Numbered from the stretch's first letter, positions 47,926-57,897 are shown. The stretch is DNA of 64,000 nt from Prevotella sp. (GCA_030539375.1 JAUNSB010000001.1:49375-113374), one strand, 5' to 3'. The notes: generated by a model from the letters alone, not told the origin. Numbers and translations: made by a program.

Positions 47926-49308
47926 ATGAACAGATTCTTTTTGAATATTATGATGCTAACCTCAGTACTCGGAGCAGTCTCATGCTCCGAGATTGAGGAC
48001 GGTGTCAGCGACATAGACTCCTGGGACATTCCTGAGGTGTACGAACCGCAGACCTACAAGTTCACTCATCCGTGTCTGCTCCACTCTTCTGCCGACATTA
48101 ATTATGTGAAATCGCATCTCACCGCAAGTCCTTGGAGCGACGGTTATCAGAAACTCCTCTCAAGTGGCTATTCAAACGTGGGCTATAAGGCTTCGCCCGT
48201 GGAATATCTGGCGCGTCTTGACGCAAATAACTGGGGCAAGCTGAATGACCGATGGCAGAATGCCGGCATCGCCGACAAGTGGTATGAGGGCATACACAAC
48301 AACTACACCAACTTCTTCAAGGATTGTGCTGCCGCCTATCAGCTTGGTCTGAAATGGCAGTTGGCTGGCGATGCAGCTGCGGCACAGTCGGCAATCGGCA
48401 TTATCAACGCATGGGCAACGAAGAACAAGGGAATCCTCACCAACAAAAATGGTGAGCTGATAGATCCCAATGAGAATCTTATAATGTTCCAGGTACACCA
48501 GATAGCCAATGCCATGGAGCTTGTGCGCGACTACAACAGCTGGGGCACTTCTCCTGAATTTACTGCAGCGGTGAACTGGCTCAAGACTGCGTTCTATCCT
48601 CTCTGCTCTAAGTTCCTGAAGGAGCAGAACGGCCAGCATTACTGGATGAACTGGGATATGGCTCAGATGACAGCTATCCTGTCAATAGGAATTTTGGCAG
48701 AGGATCAGAATATGGTAAACGAGGCGATACTCTATTTCAAGCAGGGAGTAGGTCCGGGCAATATCAACGGTAAGGCAATAGTAAAAGTGTTCGACGACCC
48801 TTCCGGTTCTGGCGAGAAGCTGGCTCAGGGCAATGAGTCAGGCCGTGACCAGGGACACAACACCCTCTGTGCTGCCATGCTTGGCGCATTCTGCCAGACA
48901 GCATATAACATTGGCGAGGATCTCTTCTCGTTCAAAGATGGCAGAGCAATTGCCTTTGCACAGTATGTGGCAAAATATAATCTTGTGAAGAAAGAGGCTG
49001 GTGACAATTACAATACGGCAAACCTCGCTGCCGATATGTTTGTATATCCTGAGTCGTCACTGCCGTTTGCCGAATACACTTACGGCGATAAAGGCACTAT
49101 GAAGAAAATATCTTCGGAACAGCGCGGCAATGTACGTCCGGGCTGGGACATCTGGGCAGGCTATTGCAAGGCTCATGGCATAAAAGGCAAGTATGTGACG
49201 GAGATGGCTGAGCGCTGGACTCCTGATGGCGGTGGCGGTCACTATGGACCTAATTCCGGCGGATTCGATCAGCTTGGCTTCTCTACCTTAATGCACCATA
49301 GAGAATAA
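47926..49308 (+). CDS. alginate-lyase-fold (alpha/alpha toroid) polysaccharide lyase-like lipoprotein, family unassigned
   Basis: Lipobox GAVSCSE. N-terminal HPCLLHSSADINYVKSHL, and helical repeats with INAWATKNKG, NWDMAQM and GNESGRDQGHN, which resemble the alginate_lyase Pfam fold. Confidence 0.5.
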   Translation: MNRFFLNIMMLTSVLGAVSCSEIEDGVSDIDSWDIPEVYEPQTYKFTHPCLLHSSADINYVKSHLTASPWSDGYQKLLSSGYSNVGYKASPVEYLARLDANNWGKLNDRWQNAGIADKWYEGIHNNYTNFFKDCAAAYQLGLKWQLAGDAAAAQSAIGIINAWATKNKGILTNKNGELIDPNENLIMFQVHQIANAMELVRDYNSWGTSPEFTAAVNWLKTAFYPLCSKFLKEQNGQHYWMNWDMAQMTAILSIGILAEDQNMVNEAILYFKQGVGPGNINGKAIVKVFDDPSGSGEKLAQGNESGRDQGHNTLCAAMLGAFCQTAYNIGEDLFSFKDGRAIAFAQYVAKYNLVKKEAGDNYNTANLAADMFVYPESSLPFAEYTYGDKGTMKKISSEQRGNVRPGWDIWAGYCKAHGIKGKYVTEMAERWTPDGGGGHYGPNSGGFDQLGFSTLMHHRE

Positions 49309-49358
49309 TCATTATGCTGAAAAAGTTTAAATATTAAGGTAAAAAGACTGTGAAGTGA

Positions 49359-49413
49359 AAGAGTGTGATGCCGTTCGGCATCGCTGATGACATGCGGCGT
49401 TGCACTCTTTTCA
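49359..49413 (+). terminator. compound hairpin + T-run inside the PUL (terminator/attenuator or processing site)
   Basis: Outer stem AAGAGTG (49359-65) / CACTCTT (49403-09), inner stem GATGCC-gttc-GGCATC, then TTTTC. It lies in the 148-nt gap between the lyase-like and GH28-like genes. Confidence 0.35.
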
Positions 49414-49455
49414 AAAATAACGACCAATGTAATAACAGCCAATGACGTAAAAACA

Positions 49456-50895
49456 ATGAAACATTTTTTCACCATATTCCTGTTGACTGCTTGTCTGAGC
49501 ACCAGCGCCCGTATTGTAACCTATCCCGCTCCAGAGGGAGTGAAGCTGAACAATACGTTCAGCGTAGAGGTGAGGCAAGATGGCACAGACTGGCAGTCTG
49601 TTGCCGTGTATAATGTAATTGCCGACGAGGTTGTTGGAGCCAGGCATAAGGTAAAAAACACCTCGATGGCATATTTCGATTTTTCCGGCTGTGTGGACGT
49701 GAGGGTTATCTCCTCAGTAAAGGTTAATACGGCAGCAGTCCGTCCGTTGAGCTATGGCATATCTCCGGCGACAAGCGGCGACACACTTATGTTCAAGGTG
49801 GAGCGTCCGTGCCAAATGTCGGTTGAAGTGAACGGCGACCGTTTCAACAACCTTCAGCTCTTTGCCAACCCCATTGATGATTCTGCTCCGAAGAATATCA
49901 GGAAATTTCTCAAGAACAAGAAAAACATCTACTTTGCGCCTGGCTATCACCGGTTTGACACCCTGCAGGTGATGAGCGGCAGCGAAGTCTACATAGCAGG
50001 CGGTGCCTTTCTCGACGGTGTCATTGAGGTTGACGGTGTTCGTGATGTCAGACTGCATGGCAGGGGCATGATATATCCCAGCCGCAAGATGGGAGTGAGG
50101 ATAAGCCGTAGCCGCAACGTGTATGTTGAGGGACTGTTCACAACGCAGTGTGCCGTTGGCGGTTGCGATTCGGTGACCGTAGACAATGTAAAGGTGATGA
50201 GCTATTACGGATGGGGCGACGGTTTCAATGTGTTTGCTTCCAACAACGTTCGTTACCGTAATATATTTGCCCGCACGTCTGATGACTGCACCACCATTTA
50301 TGCCACACGAAAGGGATATGCCGGCGGATGCCGTAACATAACCACGGAGAATGCCGTGCTGTGGGCTGACGTTGCCCATCCGTTTATGATAGGGCTTCAC
50401 GGCAGTGCAAAGGAGCTTGGCACTGATGCGCCTGCCGATACCATCAGCAACATTGTGTACCGTAATATTGACATTCTCGACATGAATGAGCCGCAGATAG
50501 ACTATCAGGGAGTTTTTGCCATAGTGGCTGGCGACAACAACGTGGTGAGCAATGTCACCTTCGACAATATCCGTGTGGAGGACTTCCGCCGTGGCAAGCT
50601 TTTTGATATACGCATTGCATTCAACAAAAAATACTGTGCGGCTCCGGGGCAGTGCATAGAGAACATAACATTCAATGACATTTCATATAACGGCAGTCAT
50701 TCAGAGCTGTCACTCATTGCAGGATATGATGAAAGCAGGAAAGTCAGGGGACTGCATTTCAATAATCTCAAAATCAACGGCAAGTGCTATTGGGATGAGA
50801 TGCCGGAACGCCCCAAATGGTACAAGACCGGCGACCTTGCCCGAATCTTTATCGGCGAGCATGTGGAAGATGTCACATTTACTGTAACCAAATAA
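49456..50895 (+). CDS. right-handed beta-helix glycoside hydrolase (GH28-superfamily-like) with N-terminal beta-sandwich
   Basis: Start at MKHFFTIFLLTACLSTSA. GH28-like catalytic-region pattern YGWGDGFNVF, RTSDDCTTIY and HPFMIGLHGS (compare NTDG, DDC, G-HG). PbH1-like periodicity is present. Confidence 0.5.
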   Translation: MKHFFTIFLLTACLSTSARIVTYPAPEGVKLNNTFSVEVRQDGTDWQSVAVYNVIADEVVGARHKVKNTSMAYFDFSGCVDVRVISSVKVNTAAVRPLSYGISPATSGDTLMFKVERPCQMSVEVNGDRFNNLQLFANPIDDSAPKNIRKFLKNKKNIYFAPGYHRFDTLQVMSGSEVYIAGGAFLDGVIEVDGVRDVRLHGRGMIYPSRKMGVRISRSRNVYVEGLFTTQCAVGGCDSVTVDNVKVMSYYGWGDGFNVFASNNVRYRNIFARTSDDCTTIYATRKGYAGGCRNITTENAVLWADVAHPFMIGLHGSAKELGTDAPADTISNIVYRNIDILDMNEPQIDYQGVFAIVAGDNNVVSNVTFDNIRVEDFRRGKLFDIRIAFNKKYCAAPGQCIENITFNDISYNGSHSELSLIAGYDESRKVRGLHFNNLKINGKCYWDEMPERPKWYKTGDLARIFIGEHVEDVTFTVTK

Positions 50896-50909
50896 AAAAC
50901 GTATAATCA

Positions 50910-53180
50910 ATGAAGAAACTTTTAATTACTGCAGCCATAGCCTCATGCCAGCTCTGGGGCAATGCAGCCATCAAGCACCCGTCGCTGCTCTTCACCAATG
51001 CAAAGGTGGAGCAGGCACGCCGTATGATGGCAACAGATTCCTTGCAGTCGGCATCATGGCGTCACATAGAGAAAACTGCCAATGAACTGCTCAACCGAAA
51101 CGACATAATGAAGATGGAGTATCTGGCTCTGGCGTATCAGATGACCGGCGACAGGAAGTACAGCGACAAGCTGCGCTCCATGCTCCTTAATATCTCGGAG
51201 ATAAAGTCGTGGGCTGATGCTGAGATGATGCAGCGCAGTCCACAGTGGCGCAGTGAACTGCAGATGGCACACCGCGCATATCAGATAGCCGTGGCATACG
51301 ATGCAATATACGCCACCCTCTCACAGTCCGACCGCAGCAAGATAGCCAAAGGCGTGTACCGTCTGGCTGTGGAGCCGTTGCTTGGCGACTGGCTTCTGGA
51401 GCCTTCACGCATACACTCGCTTAACTCAATGGGGCACAACTGGTGGACCTCGTGCGTGTGTATGGGCGGACTCCTTGCTCTTGCCATTTCCAACGAGATG
51501 CCGCAGGCTTACAGTGGCGCGCAGCGGGTGGCTGAGGCTTTGCCCGAATGGTTTGACTTTGCCGGTGATGCCCTGCAAGGCAAGTCGAGGACATTCGACA
51601 GGGGAGGCGGAATGTATGAGAGCATCAACTACGCCAGTTTTGGAATAACAGAGGCATTGCTCTTCCGCATGGCATGGCTTAACGCTCACCCCGGCACAAA
51701 ACTTGAGGATATACGGCAGATGGCGCTGCTTCCCGAATTTTTTGCTTCGGTGGCATATCCGCGCGACGGCATGCTCTACAGCATCAACTTTGGCGACAGC
51801 CACAAGAATGTCACAGGTGAGAGCTCCATGTTCCTTGCCTACGAGATGGGAGTAAAAAGCCCCGTTACACTATGGTATGCCACACAGATAGAGCAGGGAC
51901 AGCACCGCGAGGGATTCCCGCGCATATTTCCCATGGGATTTCTCTATACCCCTAATCTCAGTAAGGCTTCATCGCAGCCGGGACTGCCGACATCGAAGAT
52001 CTGGAATGACTTCGGATGGGCAACGATGCGCGACTCATGGTCAAAGAACTCCACAATGCTGGCAGTGAAGAGCGGAACAACCTGGAACCATTCGCATGCC
52101 GACGCCAATTCTATGATTCTCTTCCATAAGGGAGTGGACATAATCAAGGATGCCGGCAACTGCAGTTACGGGAAACAGGAATACCGCAACTATTTCTTCC
52201 AGTCGGAAGCCCACAACGTGGTCAGGTTCGACGGCAAGGGACAGCCCCGCTATCAGCAGTATCACGGCACGCTGCTTCCCGGTTCGCTCCATTATCTGCT
52301 CGACGGCAACGGCGTGAAATATGTCCTTGCCGACGGCACAGGTCCGATGGCGCAGCTCCTCGACAGAAATCTGCGCAGTTTCCTGTGGATGGATAATGTG
52401 ATATATGTAGTTGACGACCTTCATTCACATGATGTCGGCAGCTTTGAATGGCTGTGGCATCCTGGAGGCGAGACTAAGAAAAAGGAAGGTGACATCATTG
52501 TGACCAAAGACAAGTCGTCGGTGGTGATTCGTCCGCTCTATCCGCAGCCGCTTGCTCCAAGCAACTTTGTACATGATTACCCGGAAATGCTGTGGTGGGA
52601 GGAAATAGAGGCTCCCGACGAGACTCTGAAAAACACTGAGAAATACTGGTCGCTGCATCTTCCTGCCAAAACCGACCGCGTGAAGGCGCTTACTGCAATT
52701 ATTCTCAAGGACTCGGTCAACCAAACCGTTCTTCCATTGACAAAGAAGACCGAGGGTAAGGACTGGATAGGACTGAGGATAACCAGCGGCGACAATGTCA
52801 CTGAACTGTATATCAATCAGCTTGCCGACGGGCGTTTAATGCACCTCAACTCATGGATTGATGCCGACGGTTGGAGCACCGATGCCTATATGTTTGCTGT
52901 GACATACAAGAAGGGTGGCAACCGTGCCAATCCCGACCGTATATTCATCAATCACGGCAGTTCGCTGCGCCGTGGCGGAGAAGTATATTTCTCGTCTCTC
53001 TCAAAACTCAATGCCGTTTACAACCCTTCTTCCAGGAATATGCGGATTGAGGTCAACGGACAACCGCGCATTAACTTCAGTGTGAAGGCTTCTCCGTCGG
53101 GTCTCAAGGTGAATGGCTCTGATTATAAGATAAAGAAAAACAATGGAATGGTTTCTATAAGAATACAGCATGAAGATTAA
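50910..53180 (+). CDS. heparinase II/III-family polysaccharide lyase-like protein
   Basis: 756 aa. N-terminal alpha-toroid (IKHPSLLFTNAKVEQARRMM...). The C-terminal heparinase II/III block is TWNHSHADANSMILFHKGVDIIKDAGNCSYG. Confidence 0.65.
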   Translation: MKKLLITAAIASCQLWGNAAIKHPSLLFTNAKVEQARRMMATDSLQSASWRHIEKTANELLNRNDIMKMEYLALAYQMTGDRKYSDKLRSMLLNISEIKSWADAEMMQRSPQWRSELQMAHRAYQIAVAYDAIYATLSQSDRSKIAKGVYRLAVEPLLGDWLLEPSRIHSLNSMGHNWWTSCVCMGGLLALAISNEMPQAYSGAQRVAEALPEWFDFAGDALQGKSRTFDRGGGMYESINYASFGITEALLFRMAWLNAHPGTKLEDIRQMALLPEFFASVAYPRDGMLYSINFGDSHKNVTGESSMFLAYEMGVKSPVTLWYATQIEQGQHREGFPRIFPMGFLYTPNLSKASSQPGLPTSKIWNDFGWATMRDSWSKNSTMLAVKSGTTWNHSHADANSMILFHKGVDIIKDAGNCSYGKQEYRNYFFQSEAHNVVRFDGKGQPRYQQYHGTLLPGSLHYLLDGNGVKYVLADGTGPMAQLLDRNLRSFLWMDNVIYVVDDLHSHDVGSFEWLWHPGGETKKKEGDIIVTKDKSSVVIRPLYPQPLAPSNFVHDYPEMLWWEEIEAPDETLKNTEKYWSLHLPAKTDRVKALTAIILKDSVNQTVLPLTKKTEGKDWIGLRITSGDNVTELYINQLADGRLMHLNSWIDADGWSTDAYMFAVTYKKGGNRANPDRIFINHGSSLRRGGEVYFSSLSKLNAVYNPSSRNMRIEVNGQPRINFSVKASPSGLKVNGSDYKIKKNNGMVSIRIQHED

Positions 53181-53412
53181 GAGTTTTATCATTGTATTGA
53201 CTGTGTCGGGGGCTTGTTCTGCCGTGAGTGCCCAGTCGCTCTATCCCGGACAGCATAAGGCAAAAGCAGTTGCAGGCATGCATCAGCCCACACCCGTGGA
53301 GTGTTTCGACCTCAGCGAGGTGAGGCTGTTGCCGGGCAGGGTGCGCCAGAACCTTGAGCGCGACCCGGCATGTGGTGTACTGGAATATAGCCCCTGCAAA
53401 ATAAAGACATAA
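53170..53412 (+). pseudogene. 80-codon remnant: signal peptide plus the first ~50 aa of a larger secreted enzyme (resembles N-termini of GH127/DUF1680-type proteins)
   Basis: MKIKSFIIVLTVSGACSAVSAQ then ...VECFDLSEVRLLPGRVRQNLERD, then an early stop. It overlaps the upstream gene stop by 11 nt, as a translationally coupled gene would, and is followed 23 nt later by a new gene with its own signal peptide. Confidence 0.4.
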
Positions 53413-53434
53413 CATAAGAATAAGACGACAGGCA

Positions 53435-54730
53435 ATGAAAAAAATAATATATATTGTCATAATGACAGTCTTTGCCATAGGTGCAGGGGCTGCACGTTAC
53501 CAGTGGAAGGCAACTGCCCATGGCATAGTGTCGGGAGAGAACGGACATGAGCCTGAAGGGTTTCTGTGGATTCCGGAAAAGTGCAATACTGTGAAAGCCC
53601 TCATCTTTGCTTTTCAGAACATGAATGAGGAGACGCTTTTCTCTTCTGAGAAATTCCGTGATGACATGAAGCGGATGAATGTGGGAGTGCTGTGGATTGC
53701 GCCCGGATTTGGACAGGAATGGGATGTAAACTCGGGGATTGTCGAACCTTTCTTCGGTCTTGTCGACTCTCTTGCAGAGAAAAGCGGACACCGTGAGCTG
53801 ACATCTGTGCCGCTGATTCCGTTCGGACATTCGGCGCAGGCTACAATGCCTTGGAACTTTGCGGCATGGAATCCCGCCCGCACTCTATGTGTCATTTCAT
53901 ATCACGGTGATGCTCCACGCACCAACCTGTGCGGCTATGGACGCTCAAACTTAGAGTGGGGGCGCACGCGGAATATCGACGGCATACCCGCACTGATGGT
54001 CATGGGCGAATATGAATGGTGGGACGCGCGGCTTCGTCCGGCACTTGCATTCAGAATGATGTATCCCAAAAGCTGCATATCATTTCTCGGCGATGCCGGA
54101 CGCGGACACTTCGACCTCAGCGACAGGACAATAGAGTATATCGATAAGTTTATAGAGAAGTCCATTCAACACCGTTGTGGTGATAACGGTCTTGTGAAAG
54201 TGAATCCAGCCGACGGATGGTTGGCGCAGACGTGGAAACCGTCGCAGACGGAACGTGCCATGGCTGCACCTGTGGCTGAATATAAAGGCTGCCGCCATGA
54301 GGCTTTCTGGTATTTCGACCGCGAGATGGCTCTCCTTACGGAGCAGCGCTATGCAGAGACCAAGGGAAAGGTGCCATGCTGGATAAACTTCACCGGTGCA
54401 GACGGGAAATTCATGTATTATAATCCTGCTGGACATTGTAAGGTGAGCGCAAGGATAAAGGCTGACAAGAATGGTGTGTTTACGCTTTCAGCATCTTTCT
54501 GTGACAGCACACGGACGATGCGCGACACCTCACGTCCCGACAATATTATTAGAATAAGGTATGTCAGTGGTCCTGCCGTGGAGACAGGACGTAACACTTT
54601 CCGAATTGACCGCAGCCATACAACGTGGAACAATCCGCGCCGGCGTGGCAAGATAACTCTGTGTGCCGAAGCTCCGGGCGATGACCAGTTTAAGGAAACA
54701 GTACAGGAAATAGAAATAACCATAGATTAA
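53435..54730 (+). CDS. secreted hypothetical protein, alpha/beta-hydrolase-like N-terminal domain plus C-terminal beta-sandwich
   Basis: 431 aa with a signal peptide. Alternating beta/alpha pattern (ALIFAFQNM, GVLWIAPGFG) and a nucleophile-elbow-like IPFGHSAQA. I recognise no named family. Confidence 0.4.
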   Translation: MKKIIYIVIMTVFAIGAGAARYQWKATAHGIVSGENGHEPEGFLWIPEKCNTVKALIFAFQNMNEETLFSSEKFRDDMKRMNVGVLWIAPGFGQEWDVNSGIVEPFFGLVDSLAEKSGHRELTSVPLIPFGHSAQATMPWNFAAWNPARTLCVISYHGDAPRTNLCGYGRSNLEWGRTRNIDGIPALMVMGEYEWWDARLRPALAFRMMYPKSCISFLGDAGRGHFDLSDRTIEYIDKFIEKSIQHRCGDNGLVKVNPADGWLAQTWKPSQTERAMAAPVAEYKGCRHEAFWYFDREMALLTEQRYAETKGKVPCWINFTGADGKFMYYNPAGHCKVSARIKADKNGVFTLSASFCDSTRTMRDTSRPDNIIRIRYVSGPAVETGRNTFRIDRSHTTWNNPRRRGKITLCAEAPGDDQFKETVQEIEITID

Positions 54731-54742
54731 GTATAAAAAATT

Positions 54743-56620
54743 ATGAGAACATTTGCATTTATATCATTGTTTTTCGCAGGCTTCATCGGAGCTGTTGCAC
54801 AGCAGACTGTGTTGTCGCTTGAATCACCCGACGGAAGGAATAAGGTGATATTCCAAAAAACTGGTGATAAACTTCAATATGAGATGAAGACAGACGGTGA
54901 GAGCGTTATCCTCCCCTCACGCGCGGGGCTCGAGCTCGACAACCGCACATGGGAGATGGCTCTCGGCAAGCGCACGCTCCAGCAGCCGGCAAGCTGGATG
55001 GACCTGCTTGTGGCAGACAGCGTGTCATATCACAAGCCTGTGGACACCACATGGCAGCCTCTCTACGGCGAGCGTTCCGAAATACGCGACCGCTATACCT
55101 CTGCCACGCTCCATCTTAGCCGGCATGATGAGAGCCGTTACCGCCTTGACGTGGAGGTGAGGGCTTACGATGAAGGTGTGGCGTTCCGCTACTTCTTCCC
55201 CGAGCATCCCGATGCCGTATTCCATAAGGTGACGGCTGACCTCACCGACTACGCTCTTCCGCAGGGCACCATGGCGTGGAGCGAGCAGTGGGCACAGGCG
55301 TTCTTCGACTATACGCCGGTTGACAGCCTGCACTATGCCGTGGAGCGTCCCCTTACTCTTGAGCTGCCGTCGGGCAAATGGGTAGCCTTGCTGGATGCTG
55401 ACGTTGACGACTGGTGTCTCACCAAATTCAAAGCCCGCAAGGGACATCCCGGCACTCTTGAATCTGTTATGTATTCACCTGTGGATGTTGTGACATACGC
55501 CGCAACACCGTGGAAGCTCATCATGGTGGCAGATACGCCGGGCAGGCTCATCGAGAATAATTATATGGTGGACAATCTCAACCCGGCTCCCAAGGACGGC
55601 TCTGACTTCTCATGGGTTAGGCCTGGCAAGATTATGCGCTGCACTAAACTCACCACCGAGGCTGGCATGAAGGTCATCGACTTCTGTGCAGAGCACAATA
55701 TTCCTTATATGCTCTACGACTGGAAATGGTATGAGCCATGCACCAGCCACGACGGTGACGCCACGCAGGTGATTGGTGCAATCGACATGAAGCGTGTGAT
55801 TGACTACGGCAGGGAAAAGGGCGTCGGCGTGTGGCTTTATGTCAACCAGCATGCCCTCGGCAAGCAGATGGACGAGTTGTTCCCGCTCCTCAGTAAATGG
55901 GGTGTGGCAGGAGTTAAGTCGGGCTTTGTGCAGTATGCCTCACACCGTTGGGCAACATGGCTCCACGACATGGTACGCAAGGCTGCCGACAACCGTCTGA
56001 TGATGAACATCCATGATGAGTTCCGCCCGTCGGGATTCTCACGCACTTATCCCAACCTGCTTACTCAGGAAGGCATTTGCGGCAATGAGGAATGGCCCGA
56101 TGCCACTCACAACGTCACTCTGCCGTTCACCCGCATGCTCTGCGGCGCAGCCGACTACACCATCTGCTATTTTGACAAGCGCCTGAGAAACACCCACGCC
56201 CATCAGCTGGCTGCATCGCTTGTGTATTATAGTCCGCTGCTGACCATATTCTGGTACGACACCCCCGACCTCTACCATGGTGAGCCGGAGATTGAGTGGT
56301 TTGAGAGACTGGAGACATCGTTCGACGAATCGAGAGTGCTTGAGGGCTTTCCTGGTAAGAACATCGTAATGGCACGCCGTAAGGGCGACACATGGTGGGT
56401 GGCTGCCATGACCAACAATGATGCCCGCAGGCAGACCGTCGACTTCTCTTTCCTCGAAAAGGGCAAGAAGTATATAGCGCATATCTATGAGGACAATCCT
56501 AAGGTGCGGACGGCAACAAAGGTGGAATGCTCCACCCGCAGGGTCAAGTACGGCGATGTGCTCAGTTTCCAGTTGCAGGGCAAAGGCGGAGTGGCTATAT
56601 GGCTTGAGCCGGCTAAGTGA
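54743..56620 (+). CDS. glycoside hydrolase family 97 (alpha-glucosidase/alpha-galactosidase type)
   Basis: 625 aa. GH97 blocks: N-terminal beta-sandwich (LSLESPDGRNKVIF), YMLYDWKWY, GVAGVKSGFVQY, MMNIHDEFRPSGFSRTYPNLLTQEGICGNEEW. Confidence 0.8.
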   Translation: MRTFAFISLFFAGFIGAVAQQTVLSLESPDGRNKVIFQKTGDKLQYEMKTDGESVILPSRAGLELDNRTWEMALGKRTLQQPASWMDLLVADSVSYHKPVDTTWQPLYGERSEIRDRYTSATLHLSRHDESRYRLDVEVRAYDEGVAFRYFFPEHPDAVFHKVTADLTDYALPQGTMAWSEQWAQAFFDYTPVDSLHYAVERPLTLELPSGKWVALLDADVDDWCLTKFKARKGHPGTLESVMYSPVDVVTYAATPWKLIMVADTPGRLIENNYMVDNLNPAPKDGSDFSWVRPGKIMRCTKLTTEAGMKVIDFCAEHNIPYMLYDWKWYEPCTSHDGDATQVIGAIDMKRVIDYGREKGVGVWLYVNQHALGKQMDELFPLLSKWGVAGVKSGFVQYASHRWATWLHDMVRKAADNRLMMNIHDEFRPSGFSRTYPNLLTQEGICGNEEWPDATHNVTLPFTRMLCGAADYTICYFDKRLRNTHAHQLAASLVYYSPLLTIFWYDTPDLYHGEPEIEWFERLETSFDESRVLEGFPGKNIVMARRKGDTWWVAAMTNNDARRQTVDFSFLEKGKKYIAHIYEDNPKVRTATKVECSTRRVKYGDVLSFQLQGKGGVAIWLEPAK

Positions 56621-56659
56621 TTTTTTTTAACGTAGAATATAATATTAAGGTAACAGATA

Positions 56660-57877
56660 ATGATGAAAAGTAAGATATTTACAGTTTTTGCCATGACAGC
56701 CATGGGCTTTGCCTTGGTGTCGTGTCATGATGCCAAGGATGATATAAATGCGGAGGAACAGCTGCAGTGGTGCCACGGCAAGGTGTTGCAGTCGCTCGCA
56801 TCGCTGGGAGCTGACTCCGGCTCTGCCGACTACAGTATGCAGCCGCGTAATATTGAGGGCAACGCCACGCAGTGGCATTGCCGCAAGTCATGCCCTGAGG
56901 AGTGGTGCTCAGGTTTTTGGCCCGGAATCCTCTGGATGGACTATTCCGCAACGAAAGATGAGAAGGTAAAGAGACAGGCGGAACTGTACACTGCCTCTGT
57001 GGGCAGGATTCTTGAGCAGCCTGTATTCGACCATGACCTCGGTTTCCTTATCTTCTGCAGTTACGGGAAAGGGTATGCCGCTACAGGCAATCCTGAATAT
57101 AAGAAGGTGATTCTTGCCGCAGCCGATTCGCTGGCAACTCTCTTCAATCCCAATGTGGGCACCATTCTCGCATGGCCGCGCCACATCAAAGACTTCGGAG
57201 GCCACAACACCATCATGGACACGATGATGAATCTTGAGATGCTGTTTTGGGCTGCCAAGAACGGCGGAGACAGCACACTTTATGATATGGCTGTGCGCCA
57301 TGCCGAGACTACCATGAACAATCATTTCCGTCCCGACGGTACCTGCTATCATGTGGCTGTGTACAATCAGAAGAGCGGTAACTTCATACGCGGATGCACC
57401 CACCAGGGATACAGCGACAGCAGTGTGTGGGCGCGCGGACAGGCGTGGGCGGTCTACGGATATACCGTAGTCTATCGTGAGACCAAGGACAAACGGTTCC
57501 TGAAGTTTGCCGAAAAAGTTACTGACGCCTATCTCTCGCGGCTTCCTGAGGACTATGTGCCATATTGGGACTTCGACGACCCGAAGATTCCTAATGTCTC
57601 GCGTGATGCCTCGGCTGCCTGTGTGGTGGCATCGGCACTTATCGAACTGAGCGGCTATGTGGGAGGTGAGAAGGGTGACCGCTATCTTGCGGCAGCCAAG
57701 AAGATGCTTGCGTCACTCTCCTCCGGCAGTTACAGAACAGGCGATTCCAATCCAAGCTTCCTTCTTCACTCCACAGGGCACCGTCCGGCAGGAACGGAGA
57801 TCGACGCTTCCATCATCTATGCGGATTATTATTATATAGAGGCATTGCTGAGACTGGCGGCTTTGCAGAAAAATTAA
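56660..57877 (+). CDS. glycoside hydrolase family 88 (unsaturated glucuronyl hydrolase)
   Basis: 405 aa lipoprotein (LVSC). GH88 blocks WCSGFWPGILWMDY, HDLGFLIFCSYG, DTMMNLEMLFWA and RGQAWAVYGY. Confidence 0.8.
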   Translation: MMKSKIFTVFAMTAMGFALVSCHDAKDDINAEEQLQWCHGKVLQSLASLGADSGSADYSMQPRNIEGNATQWHCRKSCPEEWCSGFWPGILWMDYSATKDEKVKRQAELYTASVGRILEQPVFDHDLGFLIFCSYGKGYAATGNPEYKKVILAAADSLATLFNPNVGTILAWPRHIKDFGGHNTIMDTMMNLEMLFWAAKNGGDSTLYDMAVRHAETTMNNHFRPDGTCYHVAVYNQKSGNFIRGCTHQGYSDSSVWARGQAWAVYGYTVVYRETKDKRFLKFAEKVTDAYLSRLPEDYVPYWDFDDPKIPNVSRDASAACVVASALIELSGYVGGEKGDRYLAAAKKMLASLSSGSYRTGDSNPSFLLHSTGHRPAGTEIDASIIYADYYYIEALLRLAALQKN

Positions 57878-57897
57878 CAGATACAGAAAAGATATAT

